From: a virus
IMG/VR virus record: IMGVR_UViG_3300027734_000045
Coordinates: 57,062 to 121,061 of that record
Length of the DNA stretch: 64,000 nucleotides
Reading direction: 5' to 3' (one strand)
This document shows, piece after piece, positions 19,426-29,455 of the stretch. Under the pieces are notes generated by a model. That model ran no database searches, was not told the origin of the DNA, and worked only from the letters and a program-made list of their open reading frames with translations. The position numbers and the translations under genes were made by a program. The stretch's first letter is position 1. The number at the start of each line of letters is the position of its first letter.

Positions 19426-20958
19426 ATGCCTACTCAAGATTACGCAGCCAGCATCCAGGGTGTGGCCATCCGTGTCACCCGTTTGGACGCCGCTGGTAAG
19501 CTACTAAACGGACCAGGCGACAGCTACGTAACGTCAGCTTTCATGCGTGTTTCGTTCACTCCAGAATACGAAGAAGGCGACGAAATAACCGAGAAGTCGG
19601 CTAACGGCGCAGTTTGCGTGACCTATAAGTCTCCAGACACACTAAAGCGTATTACCATGGAACTTGCTATCTGTGAACCAGACCCAGAGCTAACTAACCT
19701 AGTTGCCGGTGGTCTGCTTCTTCGCAAGAACCTTGGAACAACACTCGCTGACGCAGCTACAAAGACCAGCTCAATTGGTTGGGCAGCTCCAGCTGTTGGA
19801 GACGACCCTGCTGGCTACGGTGTAGCTATTGAGGCATGGTCACTTGCAATCAAGGATGGAAAGAGGGCGACAAGCCTTCCTTTCTTCTACTGGGTATTCC
19901 CGTTCGTGAAGCTGCGCCAGTCTGGCGACCGCGTAATCGAAAACGGCATGCTTGCAAGCACCTTCGAAGGTTATGGTCTAGGAAACATCAACTTCAACTG
20001 GGGTCCTGATGGCCGTTGGGAATTCCCAACCGCCGCGGAGCGTCCGTACTCATACGCGCGTTCAGATTGGGCGCCAACTGGTCTAAAGGGTTTCTACACC
20101 TGGAACTACATCGGCGAAGGCTCTACTGAGCTCAACACTCCTGCCTACAACGCAGTTACCTCTCTAGACGGAATCTCAGCTGTAACAGCTACAGCTAAAC
20201 TAAGCTCTAACGTGGTGACCTTGACTACTACCACACCTCACGGTTTCGTAAACGGTCAGACCGTTACAGTTGAGGGTGTTGACCGTTCGTTCGTAATCAC
20301 TAAGAAGAAGCTAGACACTAACGTGGTTACACTTACCTTTGGAGCTAAGCACAACTTCATAGTTAACGACACCATCGTGGTTGCCGGAGTTGACAGCACC
20401 TTCAACGGCACCTACACCGTTGCAAGCGTGCCTGCCGGTGAAACTACTCTCACCTACGCGAAGACCGCGGACAACGTCACAGAGGTCAACGTCAGCGGCG
20501 GAACTGCTACTCGTACTCTGTTCGATGGTTCATACGCCATCAGCGGTGTACCGAGCACGACTTCGTTCACCTACGCACGTACTCACGCGAACGTTGCTGG
20601 AATGCTCTTGGCCGCAGGCACAAGCGGAAGCGCCTTTACCACTGCTTCAGCTCACGGCTTAGCGGTTGGAGACAGAATCAACGTCACTGAAGCTGTCTCA
20701 TCTGTTGCAGGTGCGTATAACGTAACTAACGCGCTTATCACAGCAGTCGGCAGCACGACAACCTTAACCATCGACACGACACCTTCGGGCACCTGGACAT
20801 CGGGCGGAACTGTAGCTCTTGTCGTACCTTCTGGTTCAGTTGTCTCAGTTCCATCGGTCAGCGGAGCTTCAAGCTACAACGTCCCTGGAAACGTCAACTT
20901 CAATGCTGACCTAGCAGTTGACCGCGTAATCAGCTCAAACGAGGACCCAACCGCGTAA
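19426..20958 (+). CDS. Major tail tube protein with C-terminal beta-sandwich domains
   Basis: IRVTRLDA.G..EEGDEIT.K.ANG.VC..ELAICEPDPEL..YWVFP motifs of actinophage major tail proteins; position in the operon. Confidence 0.85.
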   Translation: MPTQDYAASIQGVAIRVTRLDAAGKLLNGPGDSYVTSAFMRVSFTPEYEEGDEITEKSANGAVCVTYKSPDTLKRITMELAICEPDPELTNLVAGGLLLRKNLGTTLADAATKTSSIGWAAPAVGDDPAGYGVAIEAWSLAIKDGKRATSLPFFYWVFPFVKLRQSGDRVIENGMLASTFEGYGLGNINFNWGPDGRWEFPTAAERPYSYARSDWAPTGLKGFYTWNYIGEGSTELNTPAYNAVTSLDGISAVTATAKLSSNVVTLTTTTPHGFVNGQTVTVEGVDRSFVITKKKLDTNVVTLTFGAKHNFIVNDTIVVAGVDSTFNGTYTVASVPAGETTLTYAKTADNVTEVNVSGGTATRTLFDGSYAISGVPSTTSFTYARTHANVAGMLLAAGTSGSAFTTASAHGLAVGDRINVTEAVSSVAGAYNVTNALITAVGSTTTLTIDTTPSGTWTSGGTVALVVPSGSVVSVPSVSGASSYNVPGNVNFNADLAVDRVISSNEDPTA

Positions 20959-20967
20959 GAGTATTAA

Positions 20968-21020
20968 GAAGGGCGGCGCGTCAAGAATAAATGCAATCTA
21001 GACGCGTCGCCTTCTTTCTT
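20968..21020 (+). terminator. Intrinsic terminator after the major tail gene
   Basis: GAAGGGCGGCGCGTC..GACGCGTCGCCTTC stem followed by TTTCTT. Confidence 0.65.
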
Positions 21021-21036
21021 AGCTAAAGGAGACTAA

Positions 21037-22134
21037 ATGACAGCTCTATGGGTAACACCGGCCGAACTTGGTCAATACGCTAACACCGAGTTTGCTCAGG
21101 AAGCCTGCGAGGCCGCTTCGTACCTACTCTGGGGAATGTCCGGTAGAAAATACACCGGAGTAACCACCGTCACCGAGAAATACGTTTGCGCGAAGCGCGC
21201 GTATCGCATCGGCGCGTCCTCTAAAAATTACTACGCCGCTCTTATCTCCGGCGAGGTATACAACATCCCAATCTCTGACTTCGACCAGTACGCCGAACTT
21301 GTCGCTGACGGGCTATCTCCAGAGTCTAGAGTTAGACTACGCGGAAGACCGGTCACGCAGATACATGCGATTAGAACTCGAGACGGTAAAATCGTAGACC
21401 CGAGCGGGTACTACTTAGTAGACCACTCAACAATCCAAGCCTCCTCAGGCGTGCCGTGGACTCCGTGTAACATAGAGGTCACCTATTCGTACGGCAGCGA
21501 GGTTCCAGCCGCTGGAAAAATGGCCGCTCGCACGCTGGCACTAGAATTTGCAAAGCTCTGGGCAGGAGACGATGACTGCATGCTTCCACAGCGTATTACG
21601 TCTATCTCTCGTCAAGGAGTCTCCTACACGCTGCTCGACAGCCAGGACTTTATCGCAGAGCTACGGACAGGTCTTTACGCCATTGACTTGTTTTTAAAGA
21701 CCGTAAACCCCGATGGAGCTAAGTCCCGTGCAAGAGTCTTTTCTCCAGATGTTCCACGGGCGCGTAGGTACACTCCAAAGAGTCCTGTTCTTGCGGCTAG
21801 CTCTTTGCTTGACATCGTCATAATCAAGGACAACACGGCTAACTACTCTACGGTCGGCAAGGGACTAGACACGACTATCTTTGTCGACGAGCCAGGCTGG
21901 TCTCCAAAAGTTGTAGTGCACAACTGGAGTGGCACCAAGTCCGTGCAACTACCAGGCGCATTAGTCGGCGCGTCTGACGTATCTTTTTCAATCGACTATA
22001 AGAACGCGTTGTCTATTCTTGGAATGGTCGACCCGGGAACCTGGACGCTATACGCAACTAAGATTGTCGGCGGAGTCGAGAGTCTAGTAGAATTAGCTAC
22101 AGGAAATCTAAAAATCCAGTTATACACCACCTAA
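21037..22134 (+). CDS. Head-to-tail adaptor protein
   Basis: AS..LW..SGR.Y, VTY.YG..VP..G..AA..LA.E, C.LP.R.TS.SRQGVS.T, TG...IDLF...VNP motifs. Confidence 0.75.
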   Translation: MTALWVTPAELGQYANTEFAQEACEAASYLLWGMSGRKYTGVTTVTEKYVCAKRAYRIGASSKNYYAALISGEVYNIPISDFDQYAELVADGLSPESRVRLRGRPVTQIHAIRTRDGKIVDPSGYYLVDHSTIQASSGVPWTPCNIEVTYSYGSEVPAAGKMAARTLALEFAKLWAGDDDCMLPQRITSISRQGVSYTLLDSQDFIAELRTGLYAIDLFLKTVNPDGAKSRARVFSPDVPRARRYTPKSPVLAASSLLDIVIIKDNTANYSTVGKGLDTTIFVDEPGWSPKVVVHNWSGTKSVQLPGALVGASDVSFSIDYKNALSILGMVDPGTWTLYATKIVGGVESLVELATGNLKIQLYTT

Positions 22135-22150
22135 CAAAGAAAGAGTAATC

Positions 22151-22387
22151 ATGACAGTATACCAAACTAACTTTACTGCTGACGACGTTATCTACGTTGA
22201 AAACGGAGTAGTTGTCGCTGTTGGCCAGCAGAAGGTAGAAGAGCCTAAGGTTGTAGAAGAGCCTAAGGTTGCAAAAAAGGCTGAGGTTGTTGAAGAGCCA
22301 GAGGTTGTAGAACCTGAGGTTGTTGAAGAGCCAGAGGTTGTAGAACCTGAGGTTGTTGAAGAGGCAGTGTCAGAAGACGCTGAATAG
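22151..22387 (+). CDS. Small acidic protein with EEPEVV repeats
   Basis: 78-aa ORF filling the gap in the operon. Confidence 0.6.
   Translation: MTVYQTNFTADDVIYVENGVVVAVGQQKVEEPKVVEEPKVAKKAEVVEEPEVVEPEVVEEPEVVEPEVVEEAVSEDAE
22283..22363 (+). repeat. 33-bp tandem repeat (about 2.5 copies)
   Basis: gaggttgttgaagagccagaggttgtagaacct repeated exactly, then a partial copy. Confidence 0.85.
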
Positions 22388-22389
22388 CA

Positions 22390-22896
22390 TTGAGCCTGCC
22401 TGTAAACTTAGCTGACGTTTCGGTAGACGCCTTACATCTAAAAAACATGATGGATGGCGTCATCGAGCGCGTCTGCTCTATCTACCAATCGTACAACGTC
22501 CCACTTCCAAATAAGAAATACTGGACGATGGGAACGCCGGTTATAGACTGTGAACAGGTAGTTGCCTCATTTAGCCAGTTGTATTTAGGCGCGCCGGGAG
22601 ACCAGGCCTCAGAGCCACAGCGCTGTAACGTGCCAAGAACTGTCACAATGACCGTAAGTATCGCTAGATCGTTTCCTACGTCTGGTCAAAACGGACGACC
22701 TCCGTCTGCTGAGACTATAGAAAAGGCGTCATCTCTATCTGCGATAGACGCTTGGATTCTCATAGAATCTGTTCGTCTCTTTGACATGTGGGACGACAGC
22801 ACCTTTGGCCCTGGAGTAATTGCAACTGTCGACGTGGCAGAGCCTACCGGTGGAATCCAGTTAGTAAATATGCAGCTAACTATGGCGGTTCCATAA
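22390..22896 (+). CDS. Neck/tail-terminator-like structural protein
   Basis: Position between adaptor and tail chaperones; DC.Q..V and R..P motifs. Confidence 0.55.
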   Translation: MSLPVNLADVSVDALHLKNMMDGVIERVCSIYQSYNVPLPNKKYWTMGTPVIDCEQVVASFSQLYLGAPGDQASEPQRCNVPRTVTMTVSIARSFPTSGQNGRPPSAETIEKASSLSAIDAWILIESVRLFDMWDDSTFGPGVIATVDVAEPTGGIQLVNMQLTMAVP

Positions 22897-23315
22897 TGGC
22901 TATTCAGGTAGAAAAAATAGGCAATTTCAAAAAGAATCAGCCGGCGTTCGACAACTTTTTCAACGAGCCTGCCGGGCAGACCGGAAGATTTATACACAAG
23001 AGAATCACTAAAAAGATTCTTGTAGGCGCTAAGGGCAAGGTCGGCGTAAAGTCTGGAGCTCTTAGACAAAGCATTCGTCCAACACACATTAGAATTCCTG
23101 CCGGACAGTTTGTCATAATCGGCTCTGGGCTAGACTACGCGTACCTACATCACGAAGGAACACGGCCACATCTTATAGTGCCTAACCAGGCTAAAATGCT
23201 GCGTTTCGTTTCCCATGGAAGAATGGTGCACACGCGGATTGTACGCCACCCTGGAACAAGACCAAACCACTATCTAACACTTCCAATGCTAGAGGCTCTT
23301 TGGGGCATAAGGTAA
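22896..23315 (+). CDS. HK97 gp10-like neck/tail completion protein
   Basis: VKSGALRQSI..YAYLHHEGTRPH.I.P..LRF..V.HPGT.PN.YL; ATG at 22896 overlaps the upstream TAA, so it is preferred over 22788. Confidence 0.75.
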   Translation: MAIQVEKIGNFKKNQPAFDNFFNEPAGQTGRFIHKRITKKILVGAKGKVGVKSGALRQSIRPTHIRIPAGQFVIIGSGLDYAYLHHEGTRPHLIVPNQAKMLRFVSHGRMVHTRIVRHPGTRPNHYLTLPMLEALWGIR

Positions 23316-23413
23316 TAAGTCACCTTTGCTGTACGATGGTACAATCGTTTAGGGACAACACCCATATCCAAATACCGTAACACACACCCTATACAGCAGA
23401 TTGGAAAACGCTA

Positions 23414-23755
23414 ATGACAGCAAATAGATTCAAAGACTTTGGCTCTGGAGTATCAGACATCACAAAGGAACCTCTTGTATTTAAGCTCTATGGAGAAGAA
23501 TACAGATGCATGCCTAACGTTCAAGGAAAAGTTATGCTAGAACTTGTGGCCGACTCTTCCTCTGAGGACCCAGCGGTCTCAGCAAGAACACTTGCAACAT
23601 TTTTTAGCAAGGTACTTTTAAAGGAAGACCTTGAAAAGTTTAACGAGCTTCTCGACAGTCAGGACAAGATTGTCTCAGTTGAGACTCTAAGCGAAATCAG
23701 TGCTTGGCTTATTGAACAGTACACTTCACGCCCAAATCAGCAGCCAGAGGTTTAG
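23414..23755 (+). CDS. Tail assembly chaperone (short form)
   Basis: Two ORFs before the tape measure gene; ends near a slippery site. Confidence 0.75.
   Translation: MTANRFKDFGSGVSDITKEPLVFKLYGEEYRCMPNVQGKVMLELVADSSSEDPAVSARTLATFFSKVLLKEDLEKFNELLDSQDKIVSVETLSEISAWLIEQYTSRPNQQPEV
23731..23737 (+). other. Putative -1 frameshift heptamer C_CCA_AAT of the tail assembly chaperone
   Basis: CGC CCA AAT in frame; the -1 frame is open from 23716 into ORF 23803-24162. Confidence 0.65.
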
Positions 23756-23802
23756 CAGGCTGGGCAATAGACCTCTGGCACATAGTTAACGGAAGAGCAC
23801 TA

Positions 23803-24162
23803 GTGAATGGCCTTAGATTAGCGGACATGGATGCCGCAGACATGCTAGATGTCATTCACTACTTCTTCGACCAGGACATAAACTACGCATCGGGCGAGCA
23901 GGCGGAGGCGCACTCTCAGGTGCGTTCCGCTATGTATAAGGATTTATACAACATAGAGTACAAGTATGGAGTTAGCAGTAAGAACTCCAACAAGTACAGT
24001 TCTACTACATACGTAGCTGACTTCGACCTAGAGGAAGAAGAGCTAAAGCCTGTAGACCCAGTGAAAAAAGCAAGAGAAGTAAAGCCATACGTTGCTCCTA
24101 CTACGGTCGACGTAGATGGAAAGCGCCCCTTTGGCTCGATGCTAGACGCGCCATTAGCTTAG
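23803..24162 (+). CDS. Tail assembly chaperone, frameshifted C-terminal part
   Basis: In the -1 frame relative to 23414; upstream in-frame WAIDLWHIVNGRAL; directly precedes the tape measure gene. Confidence 0.7.
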   Translation: MNGLRLADMDAADMLDVIHYFFDQDINYASGEQAEAHSQVRSAMYKDLYNIEYKYGVSSKNSNKYSSTTYVADFDLEEEELKPVDPVKKAREVKPYVAPTTVDVDGKRPFGSMLDAPLA

Positions 24163-24180
24163 GTTAGGAGGTGAGATGTA

Positions 24181-27100
24181 GTGGCCGGTAACATAGTCGG
24201 TAGTGCTTATGTGCACATTCATGCCATAACCAAAGGCATTGGTAGAGAAATTGAAGAAGGTCTAAATAAGACCAAGGTCAACACTACCGGCGCAGGCAAC
24301 ATCGGCAAGAAAATTGGCGACACAGTTTCTAAGAGCATCAGCGATGGAATGACTGGTGGACTAAACAGAGGAAGCGGACAGGCGCTCGCGGCGCTTCGTA
24401 AGACTCAAAATGAGGCTGCTAGAATGCAGCAAAAGTTTATTAGCAACGCTAAAAAGGGTCCTAAGTTTCTTGACGCTCTAATCGAGCCAGGCTCTGCGGT
24501 ATTCCAGGAAGTTAAGCAGGCTAGAGAATCCTTCAATCAACTTACCAAGTCCGGTATGAAGATGACAGCTATCATTGGAACTGTAATCACGAGCGTGTCA
24601 GACCTAGTCATTGGACTTGGAGCTCTTATCTTTGGTGCCGCTGCAGCAGCTCCAGCCTTCGTGGCTCTTGCTGGAGTCTTTATTCAATTCAAACTTGGAA
24701 TGCTTGCCACCAAACTTGCCATGCAGGGAGTTATGGAGGCTACCGGAGCTCTCTGGAAATCGCAGACCGCGCTGAATGACTCCTTCCGGGCGGCACGTCT
24801 TGAATTTAGAAATCTAAAGTTCGAGGCAGAGGGTGCAGCCTACGCAGAAGAAGGAGCAGCTCTTGCACTGCAGCAGGCTAAAATCGCGTTGCAAAGAGTT
24901 CAGGACCTTCCGCCTAATACTCAGGCAAGACGCCAGGCTGAGCTTGCGTACAAGCAGGCAGACCTATCATATAGACAGGCTATCGACAAAACAAAGGAAG
25001 CCACTCGCGCGGTAGATAAGGGTATTACCGCTACTCAGGCTTACCAGCCATTTGCCTCGCTAACTAAGACACAGCTTGCGTTTACTAAGTTCCTCGTGAC
25101 TCTCCGTCCAAAGATGCAGGAGCTTCGTGGAATAGCGGCTGACAGCTTTATTCCTGCACTGCGAGACGGAATCAGCACTCTTGTTAATCGCGACTTTGGA
25201 ATGTTTAAGACAGGAATTGGAAATCTGTCGAAGGGAATGTCAGGACTAGTAAAAGGTCTATTTGGCGCCTTTGACGACCCTAAGTTTAAAAAGAGTCTAA
25301 GCCAGGTTTTCGCTGGAGCAGGAGATACCTTACCTAAACTAGGAAAAACCTTTGGAAACGTATTTAAGCTTATAATGACGTGGGTTTCCGCCGCGCAACC
25401 TCTTATCAAAACGTTTAGTACCTGGCTTGAAAAGACCACGGGAAATGCGTCTAAGCTATTCCAGTCTAAGAAGGACAGCGGAGAGCTTACTAAGTTCTTT
25501 GAAAACGCGGGAGTAGTCGCAGCTAAGCTCGGCGCTATCATTAAAAACGTATTTACGATGCTTAACAGCTTTACCAAGGCTAACGCCGGACCAGGCTCTG
25601 GCGGGCAAATGCTTCTCGACTGGATAAAGGACGTATCCGGAAAGTTCGCCGAGTGGACAAAGTCCGCGCCAGGACAAAAGAGCCTGTTCTCCTACTTCAA
25701 GGATGGCGCCGCTAACTTCAAGCAGATGTCGCAGACAATCGGAAAGTTTATCAAGCCGCTATTCACGATGGCCGGTGACCCAGACATCAAGCAGATGTGG
25801 GCAACAATTGGAGAGGCTGCTCCTAACTTTGAAAGTATTCTAAAGAAGACACGCGAGGCAGCTCCCGCGATGGGAAGACTAGTCAAGCAAATCATTCGAG
25901 TAATCGACACCTTCACAGACCCAGGGCAAATCAAGGCGTTCTTTGACACGTTCACTAAAGCGCTAAAGATGGTTGGAGACTTCTTCAATCAGCCGTGGGT
26001 CAAGAGCATTATGACTTGGCTTGGTCCAATAACTGGTGTCCTGCTTGCGCTAGGAACAATCGGCTCAGTTGGACAAAAAGTCTTTATGGCCTTGGCCGGT
26101 CACATACAGGTGTTTGCCTCTCCAATGAAAAAGGCTATTGGGTACTTTACCGAACTAGATACTGGTATCATGAAGGTTGGAAGACACAGCAAGGCTCTTG
26201 ACACTCTTGCCGCGCCTTCGGACGCGCGGTTTAGTAAGATAGCTCGTGCAGGTAGACGAACTGAGTACATGGCACCTACAAGCAGACGCGCCATCAAGGA
26301 AATCACTGGGCAGGGTCTAGCGATTGGCAAGGCAGACGCGATGGCTGGAATGCCGATGACGTCAGTTCGCGCAGGCAGCAGAAAAGAGCTTAAGGCGTTT
26401 AGCCAAGGACAGAGTCTTGCTGCTGGCTCAGGTCCACTAACTTACGCTAAGGGAATTCCAGCTACAGACGCAGCCACTACTGGATTCCAAAGAATGGGTA
26501 TCGCTGCTAAGACCGCGCTGCGTGACATTGGCAAGGGCTTTGGAGCTCTAGGCGGAATGCTAAAGAGAAACTGGGTAATCCTAGCCATTGCCGCCTTGGT
26601 CGTGGCACTTGTTGCGTTGTACAACAAGTCTAAGGACTTCCGCGACCTTATGAACACCTACATGAACAGTGTAGGCAAGGTTCTTATGAAGACCTTCAAG
26701 AGCATCATGATAGCTCTACAGCCGTTGATCGACGCGTTCATGGAGCTGTTTGATGCTTTGTTTGGTGGAGAAGGCGGAGGAGGCGGCTTAGTAGGCATGC
26801 TTCTGACTGCACTTAAGCCTGTTCTTGGAATAATTATTGGCGTTATAGCTACAGTGCTTCAAGCAGTGGCTCCACTGATCGTTCTACTGGTCAAGGTGCT
26901 AGTTCCAGTTCTAACCTTTATAGTTGACATCATCACCGCCTTGGTCAACGGAATAAACCTTGTCGTTGGCGGAATACTTTCTATCTTTGGAGTAAAAAAC
27001 GACATGGGCTCTGTAGATTCAACTAGCAGTCCTGACCTGACCGACGTCACCGAGAAAAATAAAGTTGACTGGGCGCAAATAAACAAGGACCAAAAGGAAG

Positions 27101-28020
27101 CTGCCACTCGTCAAATGGAAGCCGCTAACCAACAGTTAGAGGCTGCCAAGGGAACTAAGGACAAGGGAGACGACAAACTAGCGGCAGCGTACGCAAACGC
27201 TGTAGAGATGCAAAACGTTCAGAAATCAAGCGCGTTTGAGCAACTAATTTACTACTTTGAAAAGTCTAAGAGCGAGACCGACCCGACCAAGGTTCGCGCA
27301 CAGCAGGCTAACATGATTGCTATAGCTAAAAAGATTCCTTTTGCTACGGCAGACATAAAGCGACTTAGTGGAGCTAAAAACACCGAGGAAGCTGCCTTTG
27401 CGGCGTACAAGGCTGCACTGGCCAACTTTAAGAAAAACTCCACCGATGAAAACGCAAAAGTAGTCGCGCAAAAACGGCTTGTCACCCAAAACGCAAGATC
27501 CACCTATCAAGGACTTCGCAGTCAGCTTACCACTAAATACGCTAGATACTCTATAGACCCTGCTACCGGAAACATCATAGACAGAGACGCTGGCGGCGCG
27601 CCGGTTGACACTGCTTCGACTCCTACCACGTCTTCTTCTTCACCAACTGGTACAAAAACTAGCACTGCTAAGACCACGACCACGACCACCGCGGTTCCTA
27701 CCGCTGGTTCTGTTGACTGGACCGCCATAAACGCCCAGTTGACGACGCAGAACGGCACGCTAGTAAGCATAAAGGAAAACATCGAGGGTGGAAATAGGCT
27801 TCTTAAAACTCTAGTCACTCTAGGCAAGGAAGACGCCATCAAGCAGACAACTCTAACCACGTTGTACGCTGCTGGATTTGGATTGACCCAGAGTGCATAC
27901 CCGGTGATTACGATTGGCGGAAAGAGAATGGGAATTTCTGAAACAAATGCTCTATCCCAGAATGTCCTAGGACTTTCTTACCAGGCCGTTTTAGACAGAA
28001 CTGATGAGTACGGACGCTAA
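24181..28020 (+). CDS. Tape measure protein
   Basis: 1279 aa, helical and Ala/Gly-rich with periodic W/F, hydrophobic segments, N-terminal VGSAYV.I; AGGAGG RBS. Confidence 0.9.
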   Translation: MAGNIVGSAYVHIHAITKGIGREIEEGLNKTKVNTTGAGNIGKKIGDTVSKSISDGMTGGLNRGSGQALAALRKTQNEAARMQQKFISNAKKGPKFLDALIEPGSAVFQEVKQARESFNQLTKSGMKMTAIIGTVITSVSDLVIGLGALIFGAAAAAPAFVALAGVFIQFKLGMLATKLAMQGVMEATGALWKSQTALNDSFRAARLEFRNLKFEAEGAAYAEEGAALALQQAKIALQRVQDLPPNTQARRQAELAYKQADLSYRQAIDKTKEATRAVDKGITATQAYQPFASLTKTQLAFTKFLVTLRPKMQELRGIAADSFIPALRDGISTLVNRDFGMFKTGIGNLSKGMSGLVKGLFGAFDDPKFKKSLSQVFAGAGDTLPKLGKTFGNVFKLIMTWVSAAQPLIKTFSTWLEKTTGNASKLFQSKKDSGELTKFFENAGVVAAKLGAIIKNVFTMLNSFTKANAGPGSGGQMLLDWIKDVSGKFAEWTKSAPGQKSLFSYFKDGAANFKQMSQTIGKFIKPLFTMAGDPDIKQMWATIGEAAPNFESILKKTREAAPAMGRLVKQIIRVIDTFTDPGQIKAFFDTFTKALKMVGDFFNQPWVKSIMTWLGPITGVLLALGTIGSVGQKVFMALAGHIQVFASPMKKAIGYFTELDTGIMKVGRHSKALDTLAAPSDARFSKIARAGRRTEYMAPTSRRAIKEITGQGLAIGKADAMAGMPMTSVRAGSRKELKAFSQGQSLAAGSGPLTYAKGIPATDAATTGFQRMGIAAKTALRDIGKGFGALGGMLKRNWVILAIAALVVALVALYNKSKDFRDLMNTYMNSVGKVLMKTFKSIMIALQPLIDAFMELFDALFGGEGGGGGLVGMLLTALKPVLGIIIGVIATVLQAVAPLIVLLVKVLVPVLTFIVDIITALVNGINLVVGGILSIFGVKNDMGSVDSTSSPDLTDVTEKNKVDWAQINKDQKEAATRQMEAANQQLEAAKGTKDKGDDKLAAAYANAVEMQNVQKSSAFEQLIYYFEKSKSETDPTKVRAQQANMIAIAKKIPFATADIKRLSGAKNTEEAAFAAYKAALANFKKNSTDENAKVVAQKRLVTQNARSTYQGLRSQLTTKYARYSIDPATGNIIDRDAGGAPVDTASTPTTSSSSPTGTKTSTAKTTTTTTAVPTAGSVDWTAINAQLTTQNGTLVSIKENIEGGNRLLKTLVTLGKEDAIKQTTLTTLYAAGFGLTQSAYPVITIGGKRMGISETNALSQNVLGLSYQAVLDRTDEYGR

Positions 28021-29414
28021 TGCCAACTAACCTACTGACTAATTCAAGTTTCGACGTCGACGCTGCGGGGTGGACGGCGCTAAACTCTACTATAGCCCGC
28101 GTAACTACTCCAGCTCCAAAGAGTGGCGCGGGCTGTCTAAGCGTGACCAAGCAGGCAGCAGCTAACACCGGCTTCGCGCTTACTAACAAGATAGCGCTTG
28201 CCTCGGCTCAAACTAACCCGGCCGACCCTACTCGAGTCTACGGCTTTACTGGAAATCTTTTGGTAAATCAGGTCGGGCACTCGTGCACGCTAAACATCTA
28301 CATAAGATGGTACGATGCGTCTAACACTCTAGTTGTCTCAACCACGCGCTCAGTCATAAACATCTACGCTGGCAGAGGCTGGGTGCCATTTGCTATGTAC
28401 GCGACTGCTCCTGTCACGGCAACACAGGCCACGGTTGAGATTTCACAAGCAGACGCTCCATCAAACGGAGACATCTTCTACGCTGACGAGCTAAGTTTCT
28501 TCGCGCTAACACAGAGTCAAAAGACCGAGATAGTTAACGAAGTAATCGCGCCGCTGCCAACGTCTATTCAAAACCGTCACCTTACTGGACCTCAGTTAAA
28601 GGCCGACATCTCCTTTGCAGGGCTTACTTTAAATACGATAGACGCGAGCAACGTAGTGTGGGTCTGCACTGACATGGTTGGCTGGTGGGGAATGTCAGAC
28701 ATCGAACTACCTGACATTCCGCGTGGTCTAGAAGACGGTTCCTTTGATTCGAATCCAAGAAGACTTGCTAGACAGATTAGCCTTACAGGCTCGTTCCTGC
28801 CACGTGACGCGAGCTACGTGGATGACGCTAAGTCTAACTTATTTAGGGCGATAAACGCAGCCCACGGTGGAGCCTGGCTCATAGTCGACGAGCAGCCGAC
28901 CAAGGCTGCGTACGTAAGACTTGCCGCTAAGCCAGTTCTTACAAACATGACAGCTCGTGGAAAGCATAACTTCGAGATTCCACTTAGAGCTCCAGACCCT
29001 ATAAAGTACAGCTGGAACTACGCCGATAAGCTTGGCTACGAGTCAGTCTCTAGCACAGCTCCAGCGACTGCTATTCCAATAAACAATCTTGGAAACATAG
29101 CCGTTGGCGCTGTCTTTACTATAACTGGTCCTGCGCCTATAGGCGCCTTCGTGACCTGCGTGTTTGACAACGACAGCGTGTCGACTACTGAAACAATTAC
29201 CCTCGTCAAAGCGCTAACTGCGGGGCAAAACTTGGTTATAGATACCTATGCTAAGAGTATAACTCTAGATGGTGCTACCGCTGGAGCAAGAGCGTACGTG
29301 TCCACTACCTTTGACTGGATAAAGCTACGACCTGGACAGAATAGTCTGCAGCTAACTAGCTCCGACAGCGGCGCTAGACTTGCGATTAAGTATCGCTCTG
29401 GCTGGACCGGATAA
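28020..29414 (+). CDS. Distal tail (Dit-like) protein with N-terminal carbohydrate-binding module
   Basis: NLLTNSSFD..GW CBM-like start; GWWG..R..G..R.ISLTG..L.APDP.KY..W..L.PG.N..YRSGW. Confidence 0.78.
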   Translation: MPTNLLTNSSFDVDAAGWTALNSTIARVTTPAPKSGAGCLSVTKQAAANTGFALTNKIALASAQTNPADPTRVYGFTGNLLVNQVGHSCTLNIYIRWYDASNTLVVSTTRSVINIYAGRGWVPFAMYATAPVTATQATVEISQADAPSNGDIFYADELSFFALTQSQKTEIVNEVIAPLPTSIQNRHLTGPQLKADISFAGLTLNTIDASNVVWVCTDMVGWWGMSDIELPDIPRGLEDGSFDSNPRRLARQISLTGSFLPRDASYVDDAKSNLFRAINAAHGGAWLIVDEQPTKAAYVRLAAKPVLTNMTARGKHNFEIPLRAPDPIKYSWNYADKLGYESVSSTAPATAIPINNLGNIAVGAVFTITGPAPIGAFVTCVFDNDSVSTTETITLVKALTAGQNLVIDTYAKSITLDGATAGARAYVSTTFDWIKLRPGQNSLQLTSSDSGARLAIKYRSGWTG

Positions 29415-29455
29415 AATATAACTTGACCATGAAAGACGATTAGACGGAGATTTAC

